From positions 31,434,001-31,498,000 of the forward strand of contig JBITNC010000002.1 of the NCBI GenBank assembly GCA_050084985.1: 64,000 nucleotides of DNA, in the 5' to 3' direction. Below the pieces are notes generated by a model that saw only the letters and a list, made by a program, of their open reading frames with translations, was not told the DNA's origin and searched no databases. Position numbers and translations under genes: made by a program. The stretch is from Nageia nagi. Lineage: Eukaryota > Plantae > Pinophyta. Positions 37,763 through 51,110 of this stretch are shown here, in pieces (position 1 is the stretch's first letter; the number at the start of each line of letters is the position of its first letter).

Positions 37763-39049
37763 TGTGATAGGTTATTTTAGAGCTCACTCCTCAAACATGC
37801 CCTAGGAGAGGGATACTTAGTTTCAAACTTCCAAACTGGTCTAGACAACTCAAAAATACACCAATATTCCAACAACTAGCTAGGGATGAAAATTTTAGTA
37901 GTAATAATCTAAAATCCTGACATAAATCCAATGTCTAGCTAGAGAGCAAAATATGATTCCAAACTTGTAGAAAATATCTTCAAATGCCCAACATTACAAA
38001 TAGGAAGCAAAAATAGGTCATACACTATGAAAATGTACTTCTAGATCCAATGTTTAAGCATAAAGAGATAAACAACAAGATTTCAAAAACAAAATGTAAT
38101 TGTATTGATAAAGCAATGGTAGAAGCGCAATTACAATACTTTTTCCAACCTAAGGAGTTTGTACCATGACTATCTTTGATAGGGTTATTTCGGATGGCTC
38201 TAAGACCTCACCAATTCCAGAAGCAATGAGGCAAGAATAGGTCTCCTCTATAGCAACTATGATGGAACCAATAACATTCCTCTCAAGATGACTTGAATAA
38301 GTTGAAGTTAGCCTCCTCTCACCTCAATACCTCAAATGAAGGTTTCCTTACAAGTGACGAAGAAAGAGCTTCCACTTAGTCTAAAAAAGGGGTTTAATAA
38401 TCATAATCAACATATCTTATAATGGCTGAGTTCTTTTATAAGTGAGGTTGATCATATTCTAATCTTGCATTGAAATGATCTGACGATGGAGAAATGTGAT
38501 TTGTGTGCTCATGTATGCAATGTTCAAGATAGGGGGAGCCTTGGGATAAATGAAATCACATCCAAAGGCTAGAAATGCCAACGTCCAAGAGGTAGTGATG
38601 CTGAAGCACCTCATGACCAATGTCATCGACCCATGTGGCTAGGAAGGCCAACGTAGGGTCTTGGTATGCTCCCATGCCCAATGTCCATGCTCTAAGGTTG
38701 TCTACTTACCTTGGGATTGCCAATGCCTAGTTTGAAGTACCACATCCATCCTTGAAGCTCCAAATGATCCCAGTCGATGTAATCACTTAAGGAGATGTTC
38801 TACCTCAAAGAGGGGAGCACTAATGACTAGAGATACATTTAATAATGGCTAAAATATGCAACACCTCATTTAATGAGACTAATATTGCACTTACAATTAT
38901 AAATGCCTTGGTATCACAAATACAACCTTTATTAGTATTTTGAAAAATAACCAAATAAAAATAAACAAATAAAGGGCCACTTATTCCATAATTAGATATT
39001 AACTATGTCTCTAAGTGGAATTTAATGTTCCCATTTATCAGATGTGACA
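37763..39049 (-). repeat. 5' LTR of element B (outer end eroded/approximate)
   Basis: Starts TGTGATAGG next to the PBS and is colinear with 22708-23835. Similarity ends near ...ccatttatcagatgtgaca. Confidence 0.8.
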
Positions 39050-39944
39050 TTGTTTTAGCAAATATAAAATGGCATACTTAAGGTTTTTACTTACATGTGT
39101 TTTTCAAATAGCATACTTAAGTTACAATCCTACAGAATAGCCATTTGAACATGATCGAAACTGCCCAATGCAAGGGGCATCCAAAATTTATCTAGTAATA
39201 TCAACATGGTTGTACCATGATATTATACCAAATTAGGTACAATTAACTTCTATTTTGCAAGTTTTTATCCCATCACAAATTGCAAAATTCTTTACATTAG
39301 AAAGAAAAATGCTTTCAACTTTTATTCATCTTTTAACTAACATATTTCTTTAAGCTCCATGTTTATCATAGGTCTTCACACATAACCGAAAGAAAACTAG
39401 GCAATCAATACCGTTTGCTTTGCTATGAAAGACAATGTTCATCTAAGCTCTCACCTATCCTTTTGCACTTTTAGGGCAAGGGTAAGTTTCAAGCAAAAGT
39501 TTCAACATTCTATTTTCTAGAGTGAGTTTCTTGGAAAAGCAATTTACACAATATTATCAAATTTTATATCCTTTTATTTTGGAATATGGTTCAACTTCTC
39601 TCCATTGATCATATTCCAAAATTGGAAAAATTTAAATACTTAAAAATTGCATTTCGACTATTTTAAATGAATTTATTTAGATGATTTACTTGATATATGT
39701 AAAAACAACAAAATGAACCCATTTTGGGTTGTTCTAACTTAAAGTAGAATTTTCTAGTTTAGCATTATCTTGTCATGATGTCATCCTAGATAAGTCTACC
39801 TAGATGAACCCAAAATTAGCAATTCTAAATAAAGAAAAAGCAAATGCTCATTTCATCACCTTTAGAATGTTAGATCCAAGGTTGTGCATGCTTTGATGCT
39901 ATAACATATTCAAGTGCACTAACACTTTTTTGGAATTGATAATG

Positions 39945-40048
39945 TTATTTCCTAATATTTTATTGAATCAAAATCGATCGCATTATTTCCTAATATTTTC
40001 TTGTATCAAAATCGATCACATTATTTACTAATATTTTCTTGAATCAAA
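39945..40048. repeat. 38-bp tandem repeat, ~2.8 copies
   Basis: ttatttcctaatattttcttgaatcaaaatcgatcgca repeated. Confidence 0.85.
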
Positions 40049-41681
40049 TTTACAAGTATCAAAGCCAAATTCTACAAAGCAAACTCCAAATTTATGTAAT
40101 GTTCGACAAGATGCATCAACCGAAGTTCGTCACACCTCAAAATTCCACAAATCCCAAAATATGGATGTTTGGGCCTTGCATCTTAAAATGTTATACCTTG
40201 TCATGAAACATGGGTGATTTAACCCCTATGCCAAATTGACCGCTAATAACTCCAAAAGCTAAAATTAAACCAATATCATTCCAAGGTATCTTCCACTCAC
40301 CTTTCAAAATCATAAAAACTACTTAAAGTCAAGATTCGTCCTCTAGTTAGTTGTCAACCTACCTTTAATCCACACCCTCTAGATGTCCTCTTGTATATTC
40401 TCTCCAAATTTTCTACAATAGCCTAGCTTGCTAAATTTGATTCTTAGAATTGCTATCAATCTATTTTCATTTTGTATACATAATTACTTGTACATATTTT
40501 AATACTTCTCATATTATTATCACTAGGTAAATATATCATATGTACATATTTATAGAAATGAAGATTTTTTGTAATGGTGATTCTATTCTTTTAACTTGGA
40601 GATGATGGAAGGTCTATTGCAATATATCAAGAATAAGATGATAATATGCAATACCAAGACCCAAGATTGAAGCCATTTGGATATTTGAAGAATAATAATG
40701 CCAAGGGCCTTTTGAATATTTTGTAGCATTATAGGCAAGAGATATTGTCCTAACTAGTATCATTTTTCATACCCTCTAATAACTCTTAATCCTAAGTTGC
40801 CTTTTTGTTGATTTTGTATTATGCATATACTTCTTTTTGGGAAAGGTAACATTAAAATGGGTTTTTTTATAGAGGTACCCAACTGTTATTACAAATTTGG
40901 AACAGTTTTGGCAACACCCTACCATTGTTTATTTTGTACAATTTTAGGATGTTCTTCTTGAATGCACTTTGGTTATCCAAAAATTGGATCCTAATTTCAA
41001 TCTAATATACATTATCCATGAATGAATCTACTACAAAAACTGTAGTATGTAGATCAACAACTTTGCAAAATTCTCATTTTTTCAAGTTTTGAGGAGAAAT
41101 CCTCTCTCAATACCATCAAGTGTTACTTGTTTCCCATCTGCAACTTCCTTGGATACTTCCATCTTCCAAGTTTCATTATTGCTTGGCCTTCCCACATGTT
41201 TGGCACCTATGTTAGCAGATTTAGAAGTACTATGAGTTATCATTCTTCAATTGTTCCTCCCTCATTGTGTTTCCTTTCTTACAGTCTTCTCAAAATCTGA
41301 AGATTGATCTCCATATTGGCCATTTCTCTTCTTGGATCAAACATTTGTCCATTCATTAGCATTACTTGAGAAATTTGAATATCTTGGTCCTCATCATGGT
41401 CTCTTGAGGATTGCAGGATAATGGGGGAAGTTGCCTCCGTAGAGATACCTAAGGGCTTTTCTGCTATAGAGTCAGGGATCACACCTAAATGCACATGCCC
41501 CCACTTGACGTAGGGCGCCCTCTCAAGCCCTAACTCTCCACCCTTTGCTCCTTATCATGTTCTCTCTCACCAAGAGGACCTTTACAATGTTACTCAAAAG
41601 CTAACTCTTCTTATTTAAGCTTTCGAAAAATCATTTTTTTGTTGTAGTTATTTAATATATTATATTATGCATATACTCCAG

Positions 41682-41990
41682 GTGTGTGGTGTGAAGGCTT
41701 TTATGCTTAGACCCCCAAGCTCCATCATCCTCCTATCAACATGTTGACTCCTTCAACCACACAAGTAACAAATCTGTGTAAGAAATACTCTATTAAACAT
41801 AATTTAATAGCACAAAGGTGGATGTACAATCTAGTTCCTATAGACTACAAATTCTATCTTTATAAAAGAAAGTTGTAAGAAAGTAGGTTAATTTATGCTA
41901 TTGAACTTGATAAGGTTAATTCAAAACACATCCAACAACAAAGCAAATCAGAGTGACAATAGATAATTCATTTGGGTTTGAAGAGTTATG
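41682..41990 (+). pseudogene. hAT transposase last-exon remnant (C-terminal dimerisation domain)
   Basis: After acceptor ctccag: VWCEGFYA*TPKLHHPPINML...KKYSIKHNLIAQRWMYNLVPIDYKFYLYKRKL. This aligns by eye with the plant hAT pattern WWxxxGxxTPxLQxxAIxILSQ...HSKKRNRLxQxRLNDLVFVxYNLRL. An acidic tail resumes at ~42253. Confidence 0.55.
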
Positions 41991-41995
41991 CTTGA

Positions 41996-42252
41996 TAGTG
42001 TTGTGCCCGCATAACACACCAAAAAATACAAGATTTTGGGGACCCTATTTTTGCAAAGGCAATGAGGTGCATTGCCTTGAGATTGGCTTTAGGCGATGGA
42101 TATTTGATTATGAACATACTAAAGGTGATATCAGGGAACAAATCACAAAGATTACTCGTCAAAGATCCTAAAGAATATCATAATATCCAATCACTAGTTT
42201 TGTAACCAAGGAGCAAGGATCCAAAGAGTTCACCAGTACACAAGATTTTTTG
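41996..42252 (+). repeat. Truncated copy of the 5' end of the LTR at 42614
   Basis: ~255-bp direct repeat of 42613-42870, both starting ta(g/t)tgttgtgccc. Confidence 0.7.
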
Positions 42253-42613
42253 AAGAGAGTGATGAATAAGCCTCATGCTATTGATGAAGCACAAATAGAG
42301 GAATTTAGCCTCAAGCTATTGTCAAACTGTGAAGAGTGAAGAGACAGATGAGGACATTTGAAATGATGTGGCCACATCATTTGATTTGTGTGAGTTGAAA
42401 CCAAAATGATGTCTTTAGAACCTAGACTACAATGTAGGTGTCCCAATGGTTATTCGAATAACCAATGAGAGTTCACTCACTATAATGCAAACTGACAATA
42501 CAACCGTTAGTGAATGCTGACATTGGCTTATATACCAATGAACAATACATATTAGTATGTACCTTCTTATATACTATTTTTGTTTTTGTTTTTGTTTTTG
42601 TTTTTATTTTGCT

Positions 42614-45559
42614 ATTGTTGTGCCCACACAACACACCCCAAAATACAAGATTTTTGGGACCCTAATTTTTTGCAAAGGCAATGAGGTGCGTTGTCTTGAG
42701 ATTGGCTTTAGACGATGGATAGTTGATTCTAAACAGAGTAAAGATGATATCAGGGAACAATTTATAGAGATTACTCATCAAAGACCCTAAAGAGTATCGT
42801 AACATCCAATCACTAAATTTGCAGCCAAGGACTTAGGATTTAGAGAGTTCACCACCACACAAGATTTTTGGGTCTTGAATGAGGCCAATGGAGGTGGAGT
42901 CATTTATCAAAGTTTGAAGATGCCAAGTTAAGAAGGAGTTTGAAGATGCCAAGTTAAGAAGGAGATCAAGAAAAGCAATTTTAGGCTTGGAATTTTTGAA
43001 ATCCACCCAAAGATGCAAAAGTCATTCAAAGGAGGGGCTTTTGATGGTGATTTCATAAATCATCCTCAAAGCCAATGCCTTGGGAGAAATTAGCTCAAAA
43101 TTCTTCAAATTTTGAGAAATTTGAAGGCATGGGTGGATGAAGGATGCAAAACCAAACAACATTGTGAGTATAACTTTGTGAAAATTCCCAAGAATGAGCA
43201 TTTTGTGTCTAGGTGTGGATGTTTGGAAGGATTTCAAGGAAAACTCAAGAAATGACCCTCAAAACAACCACCTAAGGATGGGAAGCTCAATTTTGACCCA
43301 AATGTGCAAATAGATCACATAGTTGAATGGAAATAGGCATTTCGAACAACTTTATTGTGCTAATTTTTTCAAAAAAATCAAGTTTTGGGCCCCTAAAAGT
43401 AAGGCATGGGTTTCCAGGTTGATTTATGAAAAGGAAAAACTTGGAAATTCCCCTTAAAACTACCGCCTAGGCTAGAGAAGTGCATTTTTGAGCTGAAATC
43501 AAATTTTGACCACATGGGTGAAGGAAAAGTGCCATTTCACAAACATCTCTAGTTCAAAATTTTTCAAAAAAATCAAGTTTAAAGCCCCAAAAGGCTAGGC
43601 ATGGATTTCTAGGAGGCATTATGGAAAATTTTCAAAAATCATGTCATAGTTGCCACCTAAGCTCAAAATTTCCTATTTTTTTCAATAAAAAGGAAAATTG
43701 AGGAGGATGTGTAAAATGTTCACCCAAATGCATTCCCCTTGGAACTTTTGGGAAAAATAAAAAAATGAGCAAGTTATGACTAGGTGGCCATTTTGGAGAG
43801 GATTAATTTTGAAAAAAACTCGAACCACTTCCACCCACTAGTGTGAATAGGGACATTTTGGCAAAAAGGCTCAAAGTCAAAATAAAAAAACATAGGTATT
43901 TGCAAGCACCTTCAAACAATCATCTTTAAACTTGGAGAAATTGCCAAAATAACTAAGGTCCACATGTGCAAGTGAGGTTATCACCATTCTCCTCCAACAA
44001 TGCAAGCAAATGAGCACCAAAATAGCCACCTAAGAAAAAAGGATGCAATATTGAGCCAAAACAAAATTTTGATCACATGGGTGCAAGGGAAATTCCATTT
44101 TTTCACATATTTCTAGTTCTATTTTTTTGGAAAAAAAATAAGTTTTAGGCTTCAAAAAGCTAGGCGTGGGTTTTGGGAGACATTCCAAGGAAAATTTTCA
44201 AAAATCATCTCAAGGTTACCACCTATGCTCAAAAATTCCAAAATTTTTCTGAAAAATGAAATTGAGTATGGATGGAGAAGAGAAAAAGTATCTTGGCATT
44301 TGAAATTTTCCAAAAAAAACTTCAAAAATTCCTCTTATAGAGCTAGGCATGGGTTTTGGGCATGATTTCTTGAAAAGGAAAAAAAAAAATATTGTCTTAT
44401 TCCAATGAGATGTTGACAAATGGCATGATTTCTCGAGAAACCTCAAAAACTTCCAAAAGAAAAAAAAATCCAAAAAAGAAGAACAAAAGTTTTGAAGCAT
44501 GATTTCTTGAAAAAACTCAAAATTTTCAAAAAGGAAAAAAAAAAAAGTTTTGTCTTATTCCAATAAGATATTGAGAAGTGGCATGAGTGCTCAAAATCCA
44601 ATTTTTTTGCAAAAAAAATGAAATTTGAGAAGGATGTGTAGAATGATCACCCAAATGCATTCCCCTTGAAATATTTCGAAAATATGAAAAAATGAGCAAG
44701 ATATGACTAGGTGGCCATTTTGGAGGATTTATTTTGAAAACGCTCAACCACTTCAATCTGCTAGTGTGAACAAAGACATTTCAACAAAAAGCTCAAAATA
44801 AAAATAAAAAACATTGGTAATTTGAGAAACACCAAGTTAAGCATCTTTAACTTTGGAGGAGTTGCCAAAGAAGCCAATGTCCATATTTGCAAGTGAGGTC
44901 ATCACCATTCTTCTCCATAATACAAGCAAATAGGCTTCATAATCTCCAGAATTGCTCCAGATCCATAAAGACGGGTTGAATTCATGTTTTTAGTTTTTAA
45001 TGGGATGTATTATTACCCCATTACCAGAATTGTAATTTCAAATTAGCATTTTAGTAAAAATTAGGCAAAGGACACCAACAAGCATGCAAAATACACTATC
45101 ACTATCGAGCATGCAAAATGTACCAAAAAGTCTACAAATAAGATGCATAGGGTTTCATTTGTAAGAGAATGTTTCTAAAGCAAATTTGTGAAAAATTAGC
45201 AAATTGATATATCCATGTAATTTTTTGCACAAATTTATACAAAGTGGTGAAATACTTGAAACAAAGTGATTTGTTATTTATAGGATTGTGGATTTGACCA
45301 TTTTGGATGATTTACATTCTTTCATGCATTTCTTTGAAAATTCTCGAATTTTAAGAAGGAAAATTGTTAAAAGTTCTTGAATCATTCCTAGATCGTTGCC
45401 AATCCATAATTTGCATAGTAAATGAACGTATTCTAAGATTTTCTTCCATTCTATGACATCCAATTAGAATCTTGCATTTGAAACAAAGTTTATGCGCACT
45501 TGTTGTGTCGTGTTTTTTTTTATTGCTTATCGATTACACTTAGGTGTATCGATAGCAAC
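42614..45559 (+). mobile_element. Probable large solo LTR (~2.9 kb) with internal duplications
   Basis: Begins (a)ttgttgtgccc, ends gatagcaac, and is flanked by direct repeat TTTGCT (42608-42613 / 45560-45565). Contains ~190-bp subrepeats (43260-43660, 44020-44230) and a duplicated ~320-bp block (43680-44010 vs 44605-44930). Confidence 0.5.
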
Positions 45560-46927
45560 TTTGCTCCTTGCCCCTCTTAAGGATAAATTGGACTTAGGTT
45601 TTTTTATTTTTAGGTTGGAAGACTTCGAATGAGAATTCTTGACCGATCCGAATGTAAGAAATCTTAGACATTGCTTCACTGTGACTCTTCTTTGTCATCT
45701 TACCAGTATTGATTTATTCTCATCCCTTTCTTTATTTTAAACTTTCTTTAAAATCCCTAGCAACTTTCGAACATCGCACAAACTTATCAGTCCCTACAAA
45801 AATCGTGAGTTAAAAACGACTACCTCTACTACACCACTCAACAAATTCCCATAACAACACCTACATTGTTTAAGCTTGTATTAACAACACAAACTTCGTA
45901 AGAAACCTTGGGGTATCAGTCCTTACAAAGAAGATCAATCACGTGTTCTCACCAAGTGCTGAGTTGCTTTCCCGTTTTGATCATTTCATAGTGATTGCTG
46001 AGTAAGAGGAAAGATTTCCTTCCCAACAGATAGATACAAACAAAGATTTGGACGATAAGCTCAAAATATCTTCAAATGAAAGGATGGGCTCTTCATCTTT
46101 GTATAATAACAAAATTACCACTCGTATTCTTTGATTTGTATGGCCTATTTCATGCCATGATCCATAACGTAAAAAATTGTATCCTGTATATGTTAGTTAT
46201 GGATATCTTGTACTCAAAAACTATTTGAAGTTTGCTGTGACTTAATTCTACTGATGGTTTACCATTTTAAATTTGATAGATTTAAGCATCCTTTAATGTC
46301 TATTCAGGTGATTTCTGTGTGATGTAAACCCCAATTTTGAGTTGAACCTTCCTTTTTGGCTCATGTACTCATTCTGGGTGGTCATGTAACTTTTATCCTT
46401 TGTAGATTAAGTCAAAACAAAAGGATATTGTACACCCTCAGTGGCCTGAAAATAAAAATTATGAAGATAAAATTAAGTTCATGTTGACTTTATCAATATG
46501 TACTAAGCAAAATCTGTATCGGACAGGACTCAAAATATGGTGATTTTGTTTTATAAGGCAATGTGTTTCAAATAAGAAAGTTGCAATAGTCAGTATAAGG
46601 AATTATATTCTTTAATGCAAATTCAAAATTTGTACATATTCTTCATGCTGTTTGCAATACACAAATATGATTGCAAACAGAAACAAATTGATGTGTATCT
46701 TACACCAGCTTTTGAAGAACAAATGATGTCAGTTATACAAAACACATCATGAACCTTTAAAGAAAGCAGCTGCTTCTCTAATTAACTCCCACTTCCCAGT
46801 CAGTGGTGATGCCTTCTCCAACCACATCGTGTTTTCTGGCATCAGACATCCAAGTTCATGCTTAAAGCTATGAAGGTGGCATAGATACAGTTTCCTGTAA
46901 CTAACCATACTAACTCAAGTTACTTAC

Positions 46928-47002
46928 TTTAAAGGCTGTATCTTGCAAACTTTCCATAGACCGCTGGAGTTCATCCTGTTTAGAAATGACTGTTTTCAAA
47001 AC
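46928..47002 (-). CDS. Sec14-nodulin (SFH-like) gene, exon encoding the end of the nodulin coiled coil
   Basis: ctgcag|VLKTVISKQDELQRSMESLQDTAFK|gtaagt. A phase-0 73-nt intron joins it to ...LEAELAETKM, giving the LEAELxxTKKxLxxxxxKQxEL nodulin pattern. Confidence 0.75.
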
Positions 47003-47075
47003 CTGCAGCAAATACACGGTCAGCCTCTACACTAAATTTCATAGAATTGACAAGCATTAGGTAATCAACACGAAC

Positions 47076-47434
47076 CATTTTTGTTTCTGCTAGTTCAGCC
47101 TCTAATTTCAGTATTTTCTGAGTGGTAGCATCTGTTAGTTCATTCAATGGCATAGGTTTGGAAGCATTCTCCCGTGTTTCTGTAACTTGTCTGTGTGTTA
47201 AAAGGCAGTTAGAGTATATCCCCATATTTGAATCAGAATTTGAGTAAATGCAACCTTTCTGTTTTGTATTTGGTATCTCTTCTCTACTGAATATTTTTAT
47301 CATCCCTCTATAATACTTCTCTTTTAGTGCACTCCAATTAAGCATCCTCTTCAAATGCTGAAATGACATTATAGCTATTACAAGTCGCAAAATTGTCCAA
47401 ATCGTATCAAGGTAATCCCTTTGATGTCTACTTC
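47076..47434 (-). CDS. Sec14-nodulin (SFH-like) gene exon: hydrophobic segment + coiled coil
   Basis: tagcag|GA-SRHQRDYLDTIWTILRLVIAIMSF...ELTDATTQKILKLEAELAETKM|gttcgt. Open frame whose phase matches both neighbouring exons. Confidence 0.75.
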
Positions 47435-48694
47435 CTGCTATCCAAAAAAAGGAAACAACAAATTTAGAGTAAATAACTTTTTAATATGATGAATGACTCC
47501 AGGTTTGAAATTAAAAAACTATTCTGAACAATTACGACATGCAAGGGCTTTTCCTAATCAATGAATTTTTGGAATTAAGACATAATGGACCAAGATGAAT
47601 TCAAGAAAAACATAATTCCAGTGAAGATGTCAGTTAGAAATACTTTTGGGGGGAATTTCTTTTGCAGAATCATTTTTTTCTAGCTCCAACTGAAGTTTAG
47701 TTCACTTTTTACTTCAACTTTAGCTTAGAATGCAGCATGAGGCATTACATAGAGATTCTTGGATGATATCTTGCAACCTTGATCCTTATTGGAGGCCAAA
47801 CTCCATGGCTGCTTTGCTTTTCTATGAAGATGTTTTGTTAATCAGCTTTAGAAAATGAGGTCACCTTACTCCTCTCCAAGTTATTTAGAAAAATTATATC
47901 TTTCCTGATTAAAGATCAGCTACTTTGCAATAGAAATGGCTTGGAATCTCTAGCAAATGGAGGCAGCGCACAAGTGCTTCCTTTACATGTCCACATTTCT
48001 AGGGATTTTCCACGTAATCATTTACATGCTCTGTAACTTGTTTCTATGAAGCAATATGAGATGTACTTTTCCAAGGAAAAGATAAAATAAGGCATAGTGT
48101 ACATATAATAAAGAACATCAAATAGAGAGAATTCAACGACTGTCATGAGATAAGATCAAAAAAGCAAATTCATGAACATAGTTGTGCTTTGATTTTAAAA
48201 CGAGTAAATCTACAAGCTTCAAATTTCATTTCCGAAAATTGGCATACACCAAACGTTTCCTGCTTTACTGATAATTAATAATTTCTATGCAGGTTTTCAG
48301 TGTTATATGTTATGCATGCTTCTTTCTTCTCGCAAATGTACATCTTTCAGAATTACTTAAATTGTTTATCATTAGAAAATAAATATTCATTACTTTTACT
48401 TTTGTTATTCTACTCTTCCTTTTTCTGATATTAATTATTTTCAATAGATTAAAAATGTATAGCCCCTTTGATGGTATGAAAACCAAATTTTAGAGATCAT
48501 ATGTATCCTAGCTATCCAGATAAACAATTTTATAATCTGTTTTACTTTTTGAATGTTTTTATTTTTCCTAGTTTCCAGTTTAGGGATCATTTAGGATTGG
48601 ATAAAAGCTCCAGTGATCTCCAGGTACCAGCTGTTCATAATGTACAAGATTTTATAAACAGAAAGAAGACGTAAACAGTTTTAAGCTACCTCAC

Positions 48695-48818
48695 CTTTCG
48701 ATTTATTGTCACCACGATTATCTTCCATTGCATCATCATCAACAGCCCTAGAAACACTAGGAACCTGTTCGATGTCTGTGACATCCAAATTTTCTCCTAA
48801 ATGGCTAAAATGTTCAGC
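48695..48818 (-). CDS. Sec14-nodulin (SFH-like) gene exon
   Basis: ctgcag|AEHFSHLGENLDVTDIEQVPSVSRAVDDDAMEDNRGDNKSK-G|gtgagg. VPSVSRAVD resembles the conserved SFH VPMVDKAVD motif. Length 124 nt with a phase-1 end matching the next exon. Confidence 0.75.
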
Positions 48819-51098
48819 CTGCAGGGAGTGGAATATGTAAAACTCCTGTCAAATTAATCATTTCCTAAGCTGTATAACATAATACATAAGGTGCAAGTTG
48901 CAACATATACAATAAATAAGACCTTTTCATATTGAATGCAAGTTTAAAGGTAATGCCTGTAGCCACAATGAACTGTGCTTTTACAAGTATAAAAAGCTCA
49001 ATTTTGAAATTAATGTTTTAATTTTTTTAGAAATCTGAATTTGAAGTTCATTTTTTAATGTTGATACAAATATGCTTAGAGAAATATAAAAGGAATAAGA
49101 AATTAGACAAATAAAGAAAATGACAAAAAAAACTAAGGTTTTAGTATTGCTATAGAATACTCCAATATGATACAGAACAATAACGAGAGGAGAAAATGAG
49201 TTTAACTTTCTGTTTTCAAGGGAAAATAGGAAAATAAAGTGATATAGAAAGTATGAACTTCACTAAATAAAACTGGAATTGTAAATAAATAAAGAAGACA
49301 AAGATAAGGCAGATGGGTCTAAATAACTTGAAAAGAATGCAAGGGAGATCAATATATTGAATTTAACTTCGCTCTTAAATACTACACAACACCATCCTAA
49401 TAATGATAGACTTTATTTACTTTATCTGATTTTGTTGTTGAGTGTAAGATTGCCTATACAGCACTGCATCTTGCTCCGATTGATTTCCATATATTCTCTT
49501 TCTAAGACATTTTTATTCATTACATATTGGCCTTTCCTGCTTAAGTCATGAAAAATATCTAATCTGATACATCCATCTTCTCCATTGACTCACACAGAGA
49601 GTTCGTAAAAGTGTCGAGAGCAGTTGCAAGTTTTCATGTTAGTCATTAATTAAAAATAGTTAATGCTTAAAAGCATTCACAGTCGAATTTAGAAAAAAAA
49701 ATTATAGGTTTTTTCTCCCTGTATTTTGGATTCCTTTTTAGTGTTTAAATGGGCCTTTTGACAATAGATATTCTTTCCTGTTTTTTGGTCCTAAGCCATG
49801 CTGGTTTCTGTACACCATAACATTTCTTCTTTTGTTCTTTTCTAAATACATGCAGACCATGGACATTTTTCAAATCTAATATCCTTCTTAAGGTGACCAA
49901 CGAAGTTGGAAAATCCCCATTTTTCAGAAATTTACCAACCACAACCATTATCAACCATGCTGCCAAATTGCTTTAGTTCATCAACTTTCATGTTTACCAA
50001 CGGTCATAAAGATAACACGCATTTACGATAATATATTGTAACATAAAATTGGCACACACCATACGGAGAAGTATGTAATGGACTTGTATTCGTTGTACTG
50101 ATGAAATTGCCCAATTAAAAATTAAGGTAGGTTTGAACCCTATGCCAAAGGAGTATAGGGCATGGCCTGTAGTCAAAACTCTTGTATACCCAACAACCAC
50201 AAAGAACCATATCCATTCACGTTGAGTCAGTGAACTACATATGATTGAATACGATTGTTACGAGTGATTACTTACCTTCACACCAGAACATGTCATGGTT
50301 TAACTTCTTGATCGTTAATAATGAATCTATATTAATACAATACATTGATGTGGAAGGTAATTAAGGTTATTTAATGTTGCAATGCACAGCAATTTCTACA
50401 TGGCATTAAAGCTTGAGAACTTCAGAGATTCAATGACATTTTGGTGCATCACCCGAGGATTTAGTTCTTGGTATGATCTGAAATTTGAACCTGTTCAACC
50501 AATTACTCTCAAGTGTTGCAGGACTCGAACAAAATATTTAATTTGCATATAAGTTGGGAAATTATTTTCCTATTTAAATTTGCTTAATTATAGTTGAATG
50601 TAGTGTTAATTATTGGGCTCTCATAGAGTTAATCATAAACTTGTAATGTTATTCGTATTGTTGACCCCATAATTATAATGTGACTAAGGCTATTGTGGTG
50701 TTGGATACATATCAAGAGCACTGTACTCATATTGAGATGGCCCGTTTGGCTTGCTCATACAATTTTTAATCATAACTTTGTAGCATATAGAAACCAATAG
50801 TCTAGAGTTGAACGAACAATGTTCAATGCTTAATCTCAGGGATTATCACAGTTGTGTTTCCTTCGTATTCTAACATATTCATTGTAATCCTCATACACAC
50901 CTGTCCTCTGAAGGGGGATTAGGTACATTCAGAGCCAGGTTTTAATGGTAGGACCTAACAATTATAACATGCAGAAGAGGAGAGAAGGTTAGCTACACTA
51001 ACAAGGCATCTATTAGAAAGAATAAATGGAGTAAAACAGGGCTGCAAAACTATGCCATTGTACATTTGTTTGCAGCAAAGTCCCAAGGATCAAATGGT

Positions 51099-51110
51099 GC
51101 TCTGATACCA
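51099..51110 (-). other. Orphan tRNA-iMet PBS motif
   Basis: Exact TGGTATCAGAGC on the minus strand; the associated LTR pair was not resolved. Confidence 0.55.

Larger units (their letters stand above)
22708..39049 (-). mobile_element. LTR retrotransposon B (same LTR/leader family as A) with nested hairpin array and Copia
   Basis: LTR copies at 22708-23835 and 37763-~39049, tRNA-Met PBS at 37750-37761, PPT at 23836-23850. Leader 36400-37530 is similar to A's 18800-19830. No matching TSD found and the right end is eroded. Confidence 0.7.

Noticed and set aside
41100-41494. Minus-strand ORF remnant with a CQTCGK word, possibly a MULE zinc knuckle
   Set aside because: Only half a motif, with stops nearby and no other transposase motif; too weak to call.
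41953-42790. Duplicated Cys/Trp-containing ORFs (LCPHNTPKNTRFWGPYFC...GFRRWI) resembling a GRF zinc finger
   Set aside because: The duplicated segment starts at a TGTTG LTR-like terminus, the two copies differ by a frameshift within the motif, and the Cys spacing is poor. It is better explained as non-coding LTR sequence.
50275-50330. Possible extra SFH exon ending at a gaag|gtaagt donor (minus strand)
   Set aside because: No SFH similarity, and the flanking exons already join in phase without it.
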